Below the pieces are notes generated by a model. That model worked only from the letters and a program-made list of their open reading frames with translations, ran no database searches and was not told the origin of the DNA. 64,000 nt of DNA from Azolla caroliniana (lineage: Eukaryota > Plantae > Polypodiophyta): the NCBI GenBank assembly GCA_043228905.1, contig JBHGNT010000010.1:9672001-9736000 (forward strand). The letters are read 5' to 3'. Shown here in pieces: positions 36,661 to 49,505 of this stretch. Within the stretch, counting starts at the first letter, position 1; each line of letters begins with the position of its first letter. A program made the translations under genes and the position numbers.

Positions 36661-39137
36661 CATTTGTGTTGTTGTTGGGGATTTAATGATGCAATTTAGA
36701 AGAAGAAGAAGAAGAAGAACTGCTGCTCTTTTGCTCTTCTCTTTCATCAACACTTCCTCCTTCTCTAATCCTTGCTTCTCATCCTCCTTTCTTCTCTTTT
36801 TCTCTTACACAAGCCATTGATGATTGATTTTTTGAAGGGTTTTTAAGTTTTTTAACCATAGAAGTGTGCTTCTACTTCAAATGTAGACTTCCCACTTGTC
36901 CGTCCACTACATAATGCCATTGACTACGCCCGCACTACATGCCTTAACTCACCGGTCATGAGAAGCTATCGTGGACCACAAAATGAACCACGATAAAACC
37001 ATGAACATATAAATCATTGGTGTCTTGCGGGCTTTGTATGGAGAGCAAATGTTATCATTGCTGAGCTTTTTGGCTATCAATTAGTTCTCGCAAGCTTTGA
37101 TTCAAGAAAGCTATGAGGATTATAATTAGTTAATTGAATAAGTTTTACTTAGGGCATGTTCTAAAGATGCCTCAAAATGTATAAACCAGAATTTTGCTAT
37201 TTAACAAGTATCATATGAAAACTAAGCACAATTTTGTGCATCACCTCCTTGTCGATGGTGTTCATGGTTGCTTTTCACATCGAACCTTTATCGTTATCAT
37301 TATGATTATTGAAGCCAAGTTTGTCATTATGGTTATTGCTACCTATTCGTTGTACCCAACACACAATGTAAGTTATTGTAATTCGCATTCATGGCTCTAT
37401 TTCCATGAAACTCCTCAACCAAACAACAAAAGTGTTTTGTTTCTTCTCTTTGAATAAATAAGGGTTTGCATACATACATACAATCACACTCAATCGGGCA
37501 AATCTATTCCCTAGAGCTCTTGTTGAAACCTCACTGAAATACAGGCATGTCCTTGCTCAGTCGCATTTTTTCCCCTCTACCTCTAAAATAAATTATGGTT
37601 TATGTATATACACATAATACGCATACGCATACATATATACACTTCGACACATGTATTGCACTAAAATGCACTTGACATTCCTATACATATGAATACACAT
37701 GCTCACCCAAACAAACTCACGCGAACACTCACGAACTATTCCACCTATAATACAAAAACTTATTCATATATTTACACGCTTTTTTTTTATAAGTATATCA
37801 TTCATTAGTGTAAGCAATTTACATTGTTTCGATTCTCAAATGATCCATGAAGGGAATAACCATCTTGGTGGCCGAAAGTGCCAAAAAGAATTATCATCCT
37901 TAGAGGACGTAATCTTTCCATAGAGTAAGAAACTAATGGTGTTGAGTAGCTTTATCATTAGGATCTCCAATAAGACAATTCCATTGTCCTTTTAAAGTAT
38001 GGACAATGTCTAGCCAAATAATACATACCATTCCAACCGGCTGCGCTCCAGCTTAATATATAGTGGTACTACTCAATAAATAACTCCCATAATGGTTGCA
38101 CCTCCTTACTTCCTCCTAAAAAGTGCATGGACAATAATCGAAGTACACGAACTATTCTAGAATTAGTGTTAAAACCATGGTCCATAGCTTCAACGTCATA
38201 GTTAAAAATAGAATGGACAAGCATGTCCAAACCACCATGTTTCATGTGAATACCAATGGAGAAAAGTAGCTGGCAAATATTGTTAGGAGGAGTTTCCATT
38301 CCAATTAATTGAGACTCAAGGCAATCCCATAGACCATGTTTTTGAGTTTCAGCTTGCAAATGATGACTTTTATACACTTACACACAAACCTACAAGTAAA
38401 TAAAAACTTAAAACATATTTTTATGCACATCATATTATACAAAAGCTTATACAACTAAACATACATATATATTTATATATTAACACTTTCATGTACAGAC
38501 ACACATTCATGAATAATTTGAGAAGCTCATGTGCATTCCAATTAGCATAGAATAGATGTTTTATTGTCCATAATGAGGCTATTACTTTGGAGTAAAATCT
38601 CTCTACGTGAAAATAATTCCCACACATATGTGCTCACCCTTCTTGGTGGACATTTGAGTATGACATTTACATTATCATGCTCGTCTAACAAGTCATCATA
38701 TTTCTTGCAAATTACCTTACACGTTGACCATGTGATCAATAAGCGATATTCATCCTCCTCTAGGTTTCCACTACATACCTACAATATATTCATATTTGGG
38801 TGACAATGCCATGATGTTACGTGAACACCTAACTTGTGTGAGTGTGTTTTAAAAAGTGTTATAGCTCACATTATGGCATGTTTATTTTATATTGGGACCA
38901 ACAATGTGGGTTAATATTTGTAATGTAATATTCCACTTTTGACATTGTAGCATCTTGCCACCTCATCTTTATTGCCTCTAGTAATTAGTCCTTTTAGTCC
39001 AACACTTGATAGTCACATACTTCGTACCATCACTTGAGACCTCCAATTGAGCTATCGTAAGTGAGGCTTAAGATCCTTAAATGTTATCCTTGTAACCAAT
39101 CTTTGATCGAACCTTAAATATTCTTTAATAATGTTAT

Positions 39138-42100
39138 TGTAGAAAGTAGCGCGGGGAAGCAAGTATGAAGACCGAACAGAAAGGAGGAAACTCAGGTTTA
39201 ATGGAGAGCTTGAGCTTACACAGTATACGCGGGAGAGACAGAGAGAGAGAGAGAAACACAAAAACTATATTCCACAATAATACTCAATCTGTACATAAGA
39301 CGTGCTTCAGTGAACACTTTTATACAAGTCCTAGAAGGACTGACCGAAGTACTGACAATACTTCAATGCTCATTAAGAGCTCCTACACTAACTCCCAAAT
39401 ATATTCCTCACGGAATATCTTTCCTAACGGCTTCCCGGTTTACGCACTCGGCCTAACCGATCGGTCCCAACCGATCCGGTCCTCAGCTTCTTCAGCCGAT
39501 CCAGCCGATGTTGAGCTTGTCTCTCAACACTCCCCCTCAAGCTCAACTTGAGGCTCTTCGGGATCTTCACAGCTCCGGTTCCTCCTGGCTTCACGCCTCG
39601 CTTGCGCTCCTCGACCTGTTCGACTTTGCGCACTTCGACCCTTACGGTCGGCTTGTCTGCTCATGTGACCCTTATCAGCTCTTCTGCTGTTGCGGTGTCG
39701 ACACTTCTTCTGCTGCCTTTTCTTCCGCTTGGGCCTTGGTTGATTCAACGTGTCTGAATCAAACATCCGAACCAACTCGGCTACTTCCGATCGGTTTTCG
39801 CTCTCGTTCGAGTTGGCTGTCTCCAACTCGTCTTCGGTCTTCTCGCCCTCGATTGCGTCATCTCCCCCATGCGTGGTTGGCTTCGGCTCTCTCCTTCGGC
39901 TGCTCCCCTTCTGTCCGCTTTCGGACTTTTCCGTGGGTCCGCCCTCGGCTTCTTCAGCCGATCCGAAGTCCAACTCGACAACCGAGTCAACCGACTCGGA
40001 CTCGGTGTCGCGGTCTCCGCTCCTTTCCTGCTGCCTTGCTTGGTCGTTCGGGACTGTTCTCCCCCTCAAGGTTGGCACGTCGAGGTGACGCAACCCGAGC
40101 GCACCTGAGAATTGCCGCAACTTGTCCAGACCAAGAGGCTTTGTGAAGATGTTGGCAGTCTGCCGATCCGTCAGCACATACTGAAGTTCGACTTCACCGG
40201 AAAGGACACGCTCATGAACGAAATGGTAGTGCACCTCAATGTGCTTGGTCCATGCGTGGAAAACGGGGTTCTTCGTGAGCTGGATGCTGCTGAGGTTGTC
40301 GCAGTAGATCGTCGTCGGATCTGACACCTCCACCTGCAGGTCCTTAAGTAGCCGCTTCAACCATATGGCTTCGCATGTTGCGACAGCCGCTCCTCAGTAC
40401 TCAACTTCGGTGCTCGACAATGCAACTGTCGGTTGTTTCTTACTGCTCCACGCGATCGCGGCACTCCCGAGGGAGAACACGTATCCGGACGTGGATCGGT
40501 GATCGGCGGCGTGGCCAGCCCAATCAGCATCGGTGTAGCCGATTAACTATGCGGCTGCACCAGTCCGATATAGCAGTCTGTGGTCCTTAGTGCCACTTAC
40601 GTACCGCAGTATGCATTGCGCACACTGAAGGTGCTCCTCGGTAGGTCGCACCATGAACTGACTGATCACTCCGACCGGATAACTGAGGTCGGGTTGGGTG
40701 ATGGTCAAGTATATGAGGCTTCCGACAATTTGTCGGAACCTCGTCGGGTCGCATACCTTTCCCGTATTGGGACGAAGCTTGATGGTTCTGTCCAGAGGAG
40801 TCGAGACGGACTTACAATCGGCCATCCCGAATTTGAAGCGCATAGTCAGCACATAATGACGTTGGCTGATCAATATGCCTTCGGGGGTACGGATCACTTC
40901 AATCCCGAGGAAGTAATGAAGGTCCCCCAGATCCTTCATGTCGAACGATGCCGCAAGCTGGATCTTCACGCGGTCGATTTCTCCTAGGTCGGCGCTGGTG
41001 ATGACCAAGTCATGAACATATAGCAAAATACTAACCGGTCCGAGTCGACCTTTCCGGATGAATAGGGAAGAGTCCGATTTTGACGTGACGAAGCCCATCC
41101 GACGCAGTTGTTGCGTGATCTTCGCGTTCCAGGCACGCGAGGCTTGCTTCAGTCCGTAAAGGGACTTCTTTAGTCGGCATATTGCCGAGGAGTTCGTTCC
41201 AGAGTGAAATCCGGGGCGTTGTACCATGTACACCTGTTCCTCAAGGTCACCTTGCAGGAATGCATTCATTACATCCATCTGATGTAAGTGCCACCCCTTC
41301 ACTGCCGCCACTACGAGCAAAACACGGACGGTCGTCATTTTCGCGACCGGTGCAAACGTCTCATCGTAGTCGATGCCGTGTTTCTGCGCGTAGCCCTTTG
41401 CCACTAGCCGAGCCTTGTACCGGTTGACCGAGCCATCAGTGTTGTACTTGACCTTGTACACCCACCTACACCCGATCGGTTTTACCCCTGTTGGTGCGTC
41501 AACCAGGTCCCAGGTCTCGTTCTCCGCCAATGCGTGCATCTCCTCCTCCATCGCGGCACACCAATTCGCGTCTTTAGCCACTTCTGCGTAGCTCTCCGGC
41601 TCACGCACTTCCGCTACACGGGTCATGTACGCATAATGATGCGCCATGTACTCGTTATATCCGAACCGCAAAACAGGATTCTTCGGGTGGGTAGATCGGC
41701 GTAATCTCACATTAGCCGATGTCGAGGCCTTCTCGGTCGACGCGGTCTTCATCTTTAAAGACCCGTCACCGGTTCCCTCGGAGTCGGACTCGCGTCGGTC
41801 TGACTCGTTCCTTTCCGTGCCGGAATCCGACACCTTCTTCTTCCCTTTCTCTTTGCGCGTAAGCCGTCTCCTCGGCTTCCTGCGTGGGGAATGCACGGCC
41901 AAGTCTCCACTACTCGCCGGCTCTTCATCGGACCGGTCATACCGACTCAGTCGTCCAATCGGTCCACTTAACTGGAGTGAAATCGGACTCTCTTCGCAGG
42001 TCTCGATTTCGGGCTCATCCAGAGGCATCTCGGCTTCGCTGACCTCATCGTCAGAGCTCGGATTGGAGTCGAGGTTCCTAGTCGGGGGCAGGTACCAGGA

Positions 42101-44797
42101 CGTGGACTCGTCAAACACAACGTCACGGCTGACACGCGCTTGTTTGGTGCGAGGGTTATAGCACTTATAACCCTTCTGCTCGTCCGAGTAACCGACCAAG
42201 ATGCATTTCTCGGCCTTTGCGTCCAGCTTCCTCCTTTTCTCCTTTGGTATATGCACATACGCAATGCTACCGAACACCCTCAAGTGTCGCAAGTTCGGCT
42301 TCGTTCCGAAATATAGCTCTGGATGTATACTGCGGTCCTTACCGCCTCGGCCCAGTAGAACTTGGGCAAGCTCTTCTCCTCCAGCATTGCCCGTGCCGCT
42401 TCCACAACTGACCGATTCTTCCTCTCGGCCACGCCGTTCTGCTCCAGCGTGTATCTGCAACTGGATTCTCGCCGAATTCCCATTTGTTGTAGATAACCGT
42501 TGAATTGACCGGAAAAGTACTCTTTCCCGCCATCCGACCGCATGCACTTGATCTTTCGTCCCGTCTCCGTTTCCACGAACCCTTTCAGGTCCCAAAAGCA
42601 GTTGAAGACTTCGCTCTTCCTCTCAATGAGGTAGATCCACGTGTGCCGCGTGTGGTCGTCGATGAAGGAGACGAAATATCGGCTCCCGCCAAGAGTAACG
42701 TTTTGTGCCGGCCCCCATACATCGGAGTGTATAAGGTCGAGCTTGTTCCGGCTCTGGTTTCGCTCGTTGGGGAAGGGAAGTCGGTGTTGTTTCCCGAGCT
42801 GGCAGGCTTCACAAATTTGTGCCTTTCGACCACTAAATTTGGGCAATCCGAACACTACCTGTTTCGATTGCAGATCTTGAAGCCGCTGGTAGTTGACGTG
42901 GCCTATCCGGTTGTGCCACAAGTCGATGTCCGACTCGGATTTTTGTCCCTTCACGAACATTGCGGTGCTGCCGTCAGTGGAGTCGAGGATGAACATCCTC
43001 CCGTCTCTGCGCCCTTGCGCAATCACACGGCCTTCTTCCTCAATGAAGCACCCGAGGTGTGTAAACTGAACCTCCATCCCTTGGTCGACGATCTGTCCGA
43101 CCGAGACCAAGTTTTTCATGATTGTCGGAACGTGCAACACGTTCATCAGTTTCCCTTTCTGCCCGACATGGCTAAGGGGAACTTCTTCGACATTCGCGAT
43201 CGGATGCGGATTGTCGTCTCCTGTTGCGACTACTCCAAGTTGTATCGGTTTTTCAAGGTACGAGAACCACTCCTTATGGCTCGTCATGTGGTTTGACGCG
43301 CCGGAGTCTACGTACCACACCTCGTCCGATCTCGGGGTGGTCTGTTTCATTGAGTTTGCTTCGTGTCTCGTCACGAAGGCTGACCATTCTCCATCTCTCC
43401 CGGAGTCTTCGGCGTAGTGCGATCGCTGCCGATTTCCCTTGCCGGTATGTCTGGAGCCGTTTCCGGAACCGGTTCTCTCCAAATCGGCGCGCTACTTCCA
43501 GCACTCGCTTTCCTTGTGGCCTTTCTTGCCACAGTACCAGCACTCCACGATGGCCTTCCCTTACCGGTTCTCATCGCTTCGACTCCCCCTGTTTCCGGAG
43601 GGTCCGGAGTTGCTATCGGCATCACTTCGGTGCCTTCTTCCTTGATCTCGTCGGCCGCCTCCATTGCGCGCCAACTCGCCTCGTCCTCCACGTCCACGCC
43701 ACGGGGCCTATCTCCCTCCGTGTACAACATTCTGCTGTCGGTGTGCATGCTCGTCGACGCACCCGCGTGGTTCTCCTCTACCAGGAGCATCGACTGTAAG
43801 TCGAAAAAGGACGACGTATTCTCCCGGGTACACACAGCCGTTCGGAACGCTCCGAACTTCGACGCCAAACCTCTGAGACAGATCTGGACCATCTCGCTCT
43901 CCTCGATGTTCACCTCTATGGAGGCGAGGGAGTCGCAGATATCCTTGATCTTCGAGTTATAGTCCACCACCGACAAGTCACGTTGTCATAGGTTGCTCAA
44001 CTCCTGTTGGAGCTGAAGCTTCCTGGCTGTGTGGCTCGCGGCGAAAATCTTCTTCAGATTTTCCCACGCACCCTTCGGCGTCTTTGCATCCCGAACATAG
44101 CTCAATAGTTGTTCGCCCACACACGACGCGAGGCAGTATAATACCCTGCTCACCGATTGCTCCCACGACGGGAAGTCTCTGTGTGTCGATTCGGGTGTTG
44201 CGTCATTAGCTCCTTCGACATAACTCCAGTAACCGTGTCCGAGCAGGTACTGGTGCATCTTGTAGGACCAAGACGCGTAGTTGATTCTGTCGAGCTTCTC
44301 TGTTGGTAGCGAGCTCGCCATGACTCTATCCATCGTTCTTCTTGTTCTTCTTCGTCAAGCTGTGTCGGCTGTAGAGAGGTTCTCAACCCTCGCGCTCTGA
44401 TACCATGCAGAAAGTAGCGTGCGGAAGCAAGTATGAAGACCGAACAGAAGGGATGAAACTCAGGTTTAATGGAGAGCTTGAGCTTACATAGTATACGCGG
44501 GAGAGATAGAGAGAGAGAGAGAAACACAAAAACTATATTCCACAATAATACTCAATCCGTACATAAGACGTGCTTCAGTGAACACTTTTATACAAGTCCT
44601 AGAAGGACTGACCGAAGTACTGACAATACTTCAATGCTCATTAAGAGCTCCTACACTAACTCCCAAATATATTCCTCACGGAATATCTTTCCTAACGGCT
44701 TCTTGGTTTACGCACTCGGCCTAACCGATCGGTCCCAACCGATCCGGTCCTCGGCTTCTTCAGCAGATCCAGCCGATGTTGAGCTTGTCTCTCAACA
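39138..44797 (-). mobile_element. Ty1/copia LTR retrotransposon, full length, frameshifted
   Basis: 392-bp LTRs at 39138-39529 and 44406-44797, TSD GTTAT (39133-39137 / 44798-44802), iMet PBS 44394-44405, PPT 39530-39545. Confidence 0.96.
39524..44333 (-). pseudogene. gag-pol: copia gag-pol with a long charged C-terminal extension
   Basis: gag KLDRINYASW, WYVDSGASNHM, integrase HSDVWGP/RSDGGKEY/QNGVAER, RT SLYGLKQ with YVHD (mutated YVDD), RH IYCDNLSSI..TKHIEVHYHF. Several frameshifts. Confidence 0.92.
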
Positions 44798-45513
44798 GTT
44801 ATTTTCTTTAATAATAAAAATACCCCTGGTTCATGGAGATGGAGTTAGTTATGGAAATTGTATCCCACCCTTATTAGGCGTCCTCTCGTGGATGAGACGT
44901 TGGTTTCGGGTAGCGGTATGGGTTCGACACACATCATTTGAAAAATTTACGGAAGGATGCTACAACATGCTCAGAGATTGGAATTAAAATTCGAAAAAAC
45001 TGTCGTGATCTTCATGACGAGGATTTTATACTAATTTTACACATTTTCGAACGAGATAATTCAATGCTTGTTTTATGCTACATTTGTCAAAATTCACGTA
45101 ACTGTGTGTCCCAAACTCAGAATTCCAATGCTGAACAATCCGATGTGATCCTCATGGTGACGTCCTTGTGGTAGAAAAACGAGAAAATTCTTGGCTCCGT
45201 TACATGGAGTGAACAAGACATAGAAGAAGGATAGGGGTAATAAAAAAGGATAAGATCATGAGTAGAGGTTTCGTGGGATATCCTTAAGTTTCAGTACAAA
45301 ATCTCAACGAACAACGACCAAGTCGCCTTTTTTCATTGTTGATTTGGCATGCCTTCTTGATTTGCAACCTTAGATCTCTCTTTGGAATTCGACAACACTT
45401 TTGCCTTGTATCTAACTTCTGGCCTCCAACAATGAACCCTCTTCACCCTTTTATAGGTTTCATGAGGATCTCTTTGAAAATAAAATTAGTGGGTGCTTCT
45501 TGTATTTTAGCAT

Positions 45514-45817
45514 TGTCGTAGTGTATTTCGTACACTACGTGAAAAATTTATGGAGTACCCGACTCAATAAATATAAGGAAATAGAAGAAAATATTAAAAT
45601 ATATATTACATGCATAAGGCAAGATTCAAACCTTGTACCTCCATATTAATGATTTGGAGCCTCACCATTATATTAACACACCAAGAGTGTTAGAAAAATA
45701 GATGTCCCACATACAAACATAATTCACGGATATTTTCTAGGAAAAAGCTTTAGTTAGAAGAAAAACGCATCATAGAATAAAGCTACACATGCACATCTAG
45801 TGTGCATAAACACTATA
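45514..45817 (+). mobile_element. 5' part of an LTR of the 28370-29207 family, cut by the DNA transposon
   Basis: TGTCGTAGTGTATTTCG... aligns with 28370-28646 and stops exactly at CACTATA. Confidence 0.9.
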
Positions 45818-46709
45818 GGTTAAAAGCATGTGAGTGGAAACACTATTGTAGCTAATTAGCTACTAAAATGGTCATAGCTAATTAGCTATTTGTTTAGCTA
45901 GTTTTTTGTGGGCAAATAAGAAGGATCATTTACGAAATTTTATGTTTTACTAGTTAAATACATGTCATTTAATTTATGAGAATACTCAAATATTTGAACT
46001 TTGGTTTCTGATGTAGTGGAACTTGGGGAATAGTGCCATCATCTAAGATCGACTTGAATGTCATCAAATTCTTGATAATCCTAAGTTCGAGTTCGAAATC
46101 CAAATAGATGGAGTACTCTGAGCATGAATGCAGACGAAGCTCCTGCAGTATCACAAAAACTCTAAGATCGGCATTGCACCTTCGTAGTTACAACACACGA
46201 CCAAGTCGATCCTTGTCCAAGTATGTATCAGTTACATATTATAAATTTATTTTTTTCCTTTCTGATAATTGTTTGTAACTTTGGTGCTTGTTCATCTTTC
46301 CCAAAAATCGAATAGGGCAAAGTAGTTGGAGTCCCAAACAAGGATGTCTCGAAGATCAGGGTGTAGTAGTAGGTGTGTTTCTAATTGACAGAATTTTGTA
46401 TTACGGTTGATTTCTGCCTTTAGTGATGATTAGGGTTTGTGTTTTCCTTAAGTGGTTTAGGGATTCTAATTACAAATTTCAGATTACAAGTTTCTAATTA
46501 CTATCACAATGTGTTGTAAATTTGTACCAATTCTCATGAAAAATTCTGATTAGGGTTTCTGATTATTTAAGTGGTTGATTTCTGATACATGTTGAAAAGG
46601 ACATATTACAAATTTCAGATTACTGTCTCAAAGTGTTGTAATTTTGCACCAAATTCACATTAAAAACTCTGTTTTTGCACCAATTCTGATTACTGATTTT
46701 CTATTTCAG

Positions 46710-49505
46710 GTGGCTCGTTCCTCCCTATCCTAGAGTGCTGAACTTCGCAAAATTTTGCGAGACAAAGGACTTTCACAACATATATGGTCTGTCGATCGAG
46801 GGTATTGACCCTATTGTTCTAATAGATAGATTGATTAATGATGTAGACTGGATGTCAGTATATAAAATGCCTAAAGTGAAAGGCAAGGTCAAGCTCAAGC
46901 ATGTACGACCGGACCTATACGATGACTGCATCAGACTGCACCAGAAAGTACATCAAGAGATCCCGGTCAACAACGAGTTTTCCGTTTCATTTGCCAAAGC
47001 TTTTGCATACGAGTATTGCAAAACAACGAAGCAATCTCGTGACCATGAAATGTACAAGGTAGCTTGGGCAATTTATGGTGAGGCATCGGTAGAAAGATGT
47101 TGGAAGATGGGGAGCTTGCAACAAAAAATGGCAAGATTTTGGAGCATGGTAGTTGATGATGCAACTGCCGACTCCGAACAAACCCGCAAGTATATGCTAC
47201 ACCGACACACAATGAAAGCCAATGCTGATGATAGAGGTGAGACATTGATTAGCTATATGCTAAAAAATTTCCATGAAGCCTGTGAGACATTGGAGTTTTT
47301 TAAGACTGATTTAGAGAAAGCAACATTGGCTACTGCGATGGAGAGCAAAGTCACTTTGGTAGTTACAACAATCAGAAATAAGATTCAGGTACCTATTGTT
47401 TTGCTAGTATGTAATATGTTATAAATAACTTGTACATGAAAATGTGCCAATGAGGCATTATCTAGAACGGGTTGCTCAACATGAGCTTGAAATTGAGGGG
47501 TCGCTGGATCCCCAACAGAAAATTCAACTCCAGATAGAGATCTAGGTTCTTTCAATGAACTTGGACTTTCTAGATGTAAATATTGTCGCTGATTGCAATT
47601 TGGACAAGCTACATGTAAGTTAATGATTCTTGTTTCTTGTTGTTGTATCTTCCTCATTAAGGAATAATTAATCGGGAAATTTCTCGGTTGCGTTGAAGGA
47701 ACAATACTCCCGTCAAGAACAGGTAGTTAGCTTCCTTAAGAAGCAACTACATTTTGTGGAGGGGATCGTAAGGAGCAGACAAGAATTGGACCTGAACATT
47801 CTTGCTCCCTTACCAAATGAAGGAGAACCAAGAAACGATATATGGATTGTTCAAGTACGTTGCATCACTTGCAAATTACGTGTAGAGGACAAATCTGCTA
47901 CTCTGTTGGTTCACCTACAACCATGCCAACACATATACCATATCGTTTGTTTTCAATATGCATGTCGCATTGTTGCACTCTGTTTGGGGGATTGTAGTAC
48001 AACTCTCCCAGATGAGTGGAGAAAACTAACAGGTAAAATTGCTACTTGTGACCATAGTGTAGTTAATTAGTTACATCTTTGCTAATTAGGTAAGCCGTAT
48101 AAAGTTTGAAAACTATTTAGCTGTTATGGTTGTAGTGTAGTTAGCTAACATGTAGTTATTTAGCTAAGTGGTAGCTAATTAGCTACTACCATACTTTAGT
48201 TGACTAGCTAATTATGTAAGTGGTAGCCAATTAGCTACTACCATAGTTTAGTACAGTAGCTAATTAGCTACTACCATAGTTTAGTTGAGTAGCTAAGTAG
48301 CTAAGTTGTAGCTAATTAGCTACTACCATACTTCAAATGAGTAGCTAATTAGCTACTACCATAGTTTAGTGGAGTAACTAAGTAGCTAAGTGGTAGCTAA
48401 TTAGCTACTACCATACTTCAAATGAGTAGCTAATTAGGTAAGTGGTAGCTAATTAGCTACTACCATAGTTTAATACAATAGCTAATTAGCTAAACGGTAG
48501 CTAATTAGCTACTAACATAGTTTAGTACACTAGCTAATTAGCTATTACCATACTTTAGTTGAGTAGCTAATTAGCTAAGTGGTAGCTAATTAACAACTAC
48601 CATAGTTTAATACAATAGTTAATTAGCTAAATGGTAGCTAATTAGCTACTACCATAGTTTAATATAGTAGCTAATTAGCTACTACCATAGTTTAGTAATG
48701 TAGCTAATTAGCTACTACCATAGTTTAGTACAATCGCCAATTAGCTAAGTGGTAGCTAATTAGCTACTACCATACTTTAGCTGAGTAGCTAATTAGCTAC
48801 TACCATACTTTAGTAGAGTAGCTAATTAGTTGCTACCATATTGACAAAGAGTAGCTAATTAGCTAGTACCATACCTAAGAGAAGTACCTAATTAGCTCAA
48901 TGGTAGCTAATGAGCTACTATCATAGTCTAGAAGAAGAGCTAGTTAGATAAGATCTAGCTGAGTAGCTAATTAGCGACCATGTTGTTGTAGAATCTGTGG
49001 ATGAAGGAGGGCCCATGAGGTGTCTGGTGCTCATGACACTGCAACTGATGAGGAGATAGTTGCCAACGTGGCTGAAAGTAAGAGTCCAACTATCACATCT
49101 CCTTCAAATCAGCTCCACCCTATTCTTTTGGAATATGGTTTTGAATTAGCAAACGATGTGAAAAACTATGAAATATTGGAAATAACATGTAAATCTAAAG
49201 TTCACAACAATAGTGTTTTTGAACACTTGATGCAACATTCCTTCGAATCCTATAACCTTGATTCGATCCCACCGAGCCCAACTACTAATAATGTCCAAAC
49301 AAATCCCACTGCACTGGAAAAACTAGCGCAAGATGTGGCTGACATGCAAGCCGCTGCTGAGGTGATGGAAAGGTTGTCGGAGGAGGGGGACACACTTGCG
49401 CAATGGGTCAAAGAAGCAAGGCTAAATGGGCAATTGGCTAGAAAAAGGCTAAAGAAGGGGCCACGATCGGGGACAAGACCAGTTACTCGGTCAAGGGGCT
49501 CTTGA
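46710..49505 (+). pseudogene. Multi-exon gene with a coiled coil and RING-H2-like finger, decayed
   Basis: Exonic ORFs 46735-47424, 47693-48032 (CITC..PCQHIYHIVC..CLGDC) and 48992-49505. A GT..AG intron at 48033-48991 holds the palindrome array. One frameshift is needed after the intron. Confidence 0.55.
48110..48975. repeat. Minisatellite built on the 14-bp perfect palindrome TAGCTAATTAGCTA
   Basis: Roughly 25 exact or near-exact palindromes in ~31-46-bp units (TAGCTAATTAGCTACTACCATAGTTTAGT). Confidence 0.92.

Noticed and set aside
37900-39130. Minus-strand coding-like relic (possibly Ulp1-protease-like), continuing past the copia at 44803
   Set aside because: It is too decayed and the catalytic motifs are not convincingly present.
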